This document shows positions 60,321-64,000 of a stretch of 64,000 bases of DNA, piece by piece; the first letter of the stretch is position 1, and every line of letters begins with the position of its first letter. The stretch spans positions 19,964,001-20,028,000 of the forward strand of contig NC_043010.1 in NCBI RefSeq assembly GCF_006345805.1, given 5' to 3'. The stretch comes from Octopus sinensis (lineage: Eukaryota). A program made the position numbers and the translations under genes. Below the pieces are notes generated by a model, which worked only from the letters and a program-made list of their open reading frames with translations, did not search any database and was not told where the DNA came from.

Positions 60321-60844
60321 TAAAATGAAAGATTATCCACTTAATTGCCCATGTTCTCGGGTTCCCAACTGGGAACCAAAACCATGATTAGTGTTTATTT
60401 CTGATGAACCTATATCACTCACTGGTCTTTGTAAGATACTGGTATCATAGCTAGACTAGGCTTTGCTGATGAGGTCTAACAAGATCAGAACATTCCTACA
60501 GTTATCACCCTTGCTACTAAAGCTCAAACTTATTCTTCCCTGTGTTCCAGATTTTATTAATCATAATACAAATTTTTTTGATTGAAAAAGTTGTCTTCCA
60601 TCCTTGCCTCTTCTTTTTCTTTATAAAATTCATCACTGAAATAATTATTTGCTCTCATTACTTCAGATATAATTTTAAATTAATTAAAATTTTTTTTGTT
60701 TACCACATCGACAACACCAACACTCTGTCTTCACTAACTCAACATGCCATAAACTGTCTTACACTTGAATATATTGGTATTTGTTTGAAATAGTCACCGT
60801 TCGCTGTTCTACACAAACTAAACTATTTGATCACTTTGTTACAG

Positions 60845-60907
60845 GCCAAACAGTTGCTAAAAGAAGAGAAGGATATTGAAGATATAAGGGAGGACACTGT
60901 ACAGAGG
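60845..60907 (+). CDS. SLU7: SLU7 coding exon 5 (AKQLLKEEKDIEDIREDTVQR)
   Basis: 63 nt, CAG acceptor, GTGAG donor, phase 0; low-conservation linker. Confidence 0.75.
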
Positions 60908-61594
60908 GTGAGATAAACTTTACTATTGTTGTTGTCATTCATCATCATCATCATCGTTTAACGTCCGCTTTCCATGCTAGCATGGGACGATTTGACTGAG
61001 GTCTGGCGAACCAGACTCCAGTCTGATCTGGCAGAGTTTCTACAGCTGGATGCCCTTCCTAACATCAACCAATCCGAGAGTGTAGTGGGTGCTTTTACGT
61101 GCCACCGGCATGAGGGCCAGTTTGGTGGTACTGGCAATGGCCACATCCAAATGGTGCTTTTTATGTGCCACCTGCACAGGAGCCAGTACAGCGGCACTGG
61201 CAACGTCCTCGCTTGAATGTTTCACATGCCACTAGCACAAGTGCTAGTAAGGTGATGCGAAAATGATCACACTCGAATGGTGTGCTTAATGTGCCACCGG
61301 CACGAAGGCCAGTTTGTTGCTCACGCAACGATCTCACTCGTATGGTACTCTTAGCGCTCCACTAGCAATGGATGCCGGTCACCAAGTTTGATTAATATTA
61401 TTATTATTAATATTATTATTATTATTAAGGCAGCAAGCTGGCAGGAGAGATGCTTAGCAGTATTTTGCCTGCGATTAAATTTCACTAAGGTCCACTTGCC
61501 TTTCATCATTTTGGGGGTCAATAGATTAAGTACCAGTGAAATACTGGGGTTGATGTAATTGACTCATCCCCTCCCCCTAAAATGGCTGCCTTTG

Positions 61595-61755
61595 TGGCAA
61601 AATTTGAAACCATTATTATTATTATTATTATTATCATTATTATTATCATCATCATCAGCATCATCATAATCATCATTATTTTTATTATTGTTGTTGTTCT
61701 TATTTATTGTTAATATTATTGTTATTATTTCTTGTTAATATTATTATTATTATGG
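61595..61755. repeat. (ATT/ATC/GTT)n low-complexity tract
   Basis: Direct reading; a second (ATT)n tract is at about 61950-61992. Confidence 0.9.
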
Positions 61756-61949
61756 TGGTGACCTGGCAGAATTATTAGCACATTGGACGAAATGCTTACG
61801 TTCTGAGTTCAAATTCCACTGAGGTCGACTTTGCCGTTCATCCTTCTGGTGGTGGTCAATAAATTAAGTACCAGTTGCGTACTGGGATTTGATGAAATCG
61901 ACTGGTTCCCTCCCCTCCAATTCCAGGCCTTGTGCCTATAGTAGAAAGG

Positions 61950-61991
<42 letters not shown>

Positions 61992-62134
61992 TAAGGTGTG
62001 AAGGCACATGGCTCAGTGGTTAGAGTGGTATGTATGGGTGACTGCTGGTCTTCCTAAACAACTTTGCCCGGACTTGTGCCTGAGAGGTTAACTTTCAAGG
62101 TGCAATCCCATGGTCAACCATTCCGAAAGTGTAG

Positions 62135-62475
62135 TGGGTGCTTTTTACATGCCACCGGCATGGGGGCCAGTCAGGAAGCACTGGCATTGACCATGCTCAA
62201 ATGATGCTTTTTATGAGCTACCAACAATGGAGGCAGTCAGGTGGCATTGGCATCGACCCACGCTCAAATGGTGCTTTTTACATGCCACCAGCATGGGCGC
62301 CAGTTGGGCGGCATTGGCATCGACCCACGCTCAAATGGTGCTTTTTACGAGTCACCAGCACTGGAGCCAGTCAGGTGGCATTGGCATCGACCATGCTCAA
62401 ATGGTGCTTTTTACGTGGCACCAGCATGGGCGCCAGTCGGGCGGCACTGGCATCGACCTATGCTCGTATGGTGCT
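62135..62475. repeat. Minisatellite of about five 65-bp units derived from the RTE 3' UTR repeat
   Basis: Unit ...ggcattggcatcgacc(c)a(c/t)gctcaaatggtgctttttac...; related to motifs at 61100-61200 and 35720-35880. Confidence 0.85.
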
Positions 62476-62899
62476 TAACAGATTGGTGAAAATGTTAGAG
62501 TGTTCAGTCAGGATGTCTTACTGTATCTGTTTCAGCTCTGTTCTGCATTCAAGTGATTATATTGGTACCATTGTCTTACCATTCTCTTGGGTTCATCATT
62601 GGCATAAAGAATAACTTGCATGCAAAGACAACTGCATGTCTTCCATCGAACAAACTTTGCCCAGGCTTGAGCATTACGGGTCTAAATCTATGACCAACAC
62701 TGACTGACAGAGGTCTTAGAATTTTGCTGGCTATTAACCTCGTTTTTAAAGTTGAAAATATATGAAATAAAAAAAAAAGATGTATATTTAATGCAATGAG
62801 GTCAACAGTTCTGAGAATTATAACCTGAGAAGATAAATTGTTGTTTATTTTATTTGGAAATACTCACATTTCTTATTTTGTATCTTTTTTTTTTTTCAG

Positions 62900-63019
62900 A
62901 CGCGGGACAGTGATGATGAAGACAAATATGCAGATGATGTTGACATGCCTGGTCAGAAGTTTGAAACCAAACAAAGAATCACAGTTAGAAACCTGCGTAT
63001 TCGAGAAGACACTGCAAAA
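62900..63019 (+). CDS. SLU7: SLU7 coding exon 6 ([38 protein letters not shown]); gene continues beyond the window
   Basis: 120 nt, GT-AG, hallmark [15 protein letters not shown]. Confidence 0.96.
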
Positions 63020-63527
63020 GTAATTTCCATTTTCCAATTTATTTTTGTTTCTGCAATTGTTCTGGTTTTCCTTCCATGTGGCTCCGATCTGTTACCATTC
63101 TTGTCTTCAACATGTTGATTTTTTTCATTACTCTCTGTTCTGTTTTTAATCAGCCAAGATTCTATGTGGTGTCTGGACCTGTTAGACATTGCTTAGCATC
63201 ACACTGTGCTACCTTAAAACAAGGTCACATTGGACAGTGTATTTTAAGAGGTACAAAAAGATGAGATGGTCAAGGCTGGAATGCCCTTGATCATAAATCT
63301 GCTTCATAAGGGCTGCAGTGTCCTAAACAACAACACTGGTTAGAAAATTACTATTTGTAAATCTCACAACAAGAGATATTCAGCAACAGTATTTTGGAGT
63401 AAAGATTGTTTGCCAACATAACATGGCAGTAATATTCTAATTTATAGATCAGTGACTAGTTGTCATTTTAAAAACTATATATTTCAAATGGGAATTTGGC
63501 AGTGCCACCTCTAGCTGAACAATTATG

Positions 63528-63570
63528 CTGTGCTGATGAAGGGAAATAACCCAGAAATCTCGATACACAG
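63528..63570 (+). ncRNA. Hammerhead-ribozyme-like motif in the last SLU7 intron of the window
   Basis: CTGTG-CTGATGA-A-GGG-aaataa-CCC-A-GAAA-TCTCGAT-A-CACAG; stem I is a perfect 5 bp. Confidence 0.55.
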
Positions 63571-64000
63571 ATATTGTTTTGAGGTGAGTTGGGGTGCTAG
63601 ATTCCCTTGTTTGAAAATATAAGGACACAGATTGTGTCGCATAGCCAGCTTGGGATGATGTCTCCTGAGGCTAAATTACAGCAACATTCGTCCTAAACCA
63701 GGACTGCTGTATTATGTTGGCAAACAATCTTTACTCGAGCAACACTGGTGTCGAGAGAGAGAGAGAGAGAGATAGAAAGCCCATCAGCCAAAATCTCCTC
63801 GAATACTTCAAGTTAAACGTTCATAAAATTTTCTCTCTAATTGCCATCAGAATCAGCTGTAAGAACTAGGATCATCACCATATTGAAATTCTCAGTGTCC
63901 AATTCATCTGTTATTGCCAGTAGTTAAGCTGCTGGAAGCTGAGAATTGAACTCTGATGGACACCTGCATGCTATATTCTTCATTGAATTCATTGTTCTCT

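Noticed and set aside
60460-60533. CTGATGA-GGTC...GATC-AGAAC motif resembling a hammerhead
   Set aside because: GAAA is broken and no NUH site sits correctly next to stem I; at best a dead relic.
62135-62475. Regularly spaced repeats resembling a CRISPR array
   Set aside because: Whole units are homologous with no unique spacers, the context is eukaryotic and intronic, and there are no cas genes.

Overview
Eukaryotic, AT-rich, repeat-dense genomic DNA. The RTE-tail, SINE and MITE families and the overall composition suggest an octopod cephalopod, but that is inference from recalled repeat families, not a database match. Two host genes are arranged head-to-head. NOA1 (mitochondrial ribosome-assembly GTPase) is on the minus strand with 8 GT-AG exons, 26887-50556, about 730 aa. 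SLU7 (second-step splicing factor) is on the plus strand with a probable non-coding first exon near 51.5 kb and six coding exons from 55390 to 63019; it continues beyond the window. Bases 1-25 kb are a nested transposon graveyard: Tx1/L1 LINEs, Gypsy gag/protease fragments and an LTR with a tRNA-Trp PBS, a near-intact SPIN/Buster-like hAT, a Passer/POGK-like pogo, and Penelope elements. NOA1 intron 4 holds an RTE LINE split by a Helitron. The most unusual signals are: (i) several hammerhead-ribozyme (HHR) motifs, including a repeat family that joins a tRNA-like Pol III head to a minimal HHR and appears to be the 3' terminus of a Penelope element; (ii) a young MITE with a 13-bp target duplication, itself carrying a second MITE, sitting in the shared NOA1/SLU7 promoter interval; (iii) many fold-back elements in SLU7 introns. 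No CRISPR array, rRNA or bona fide tRNA gene was found.
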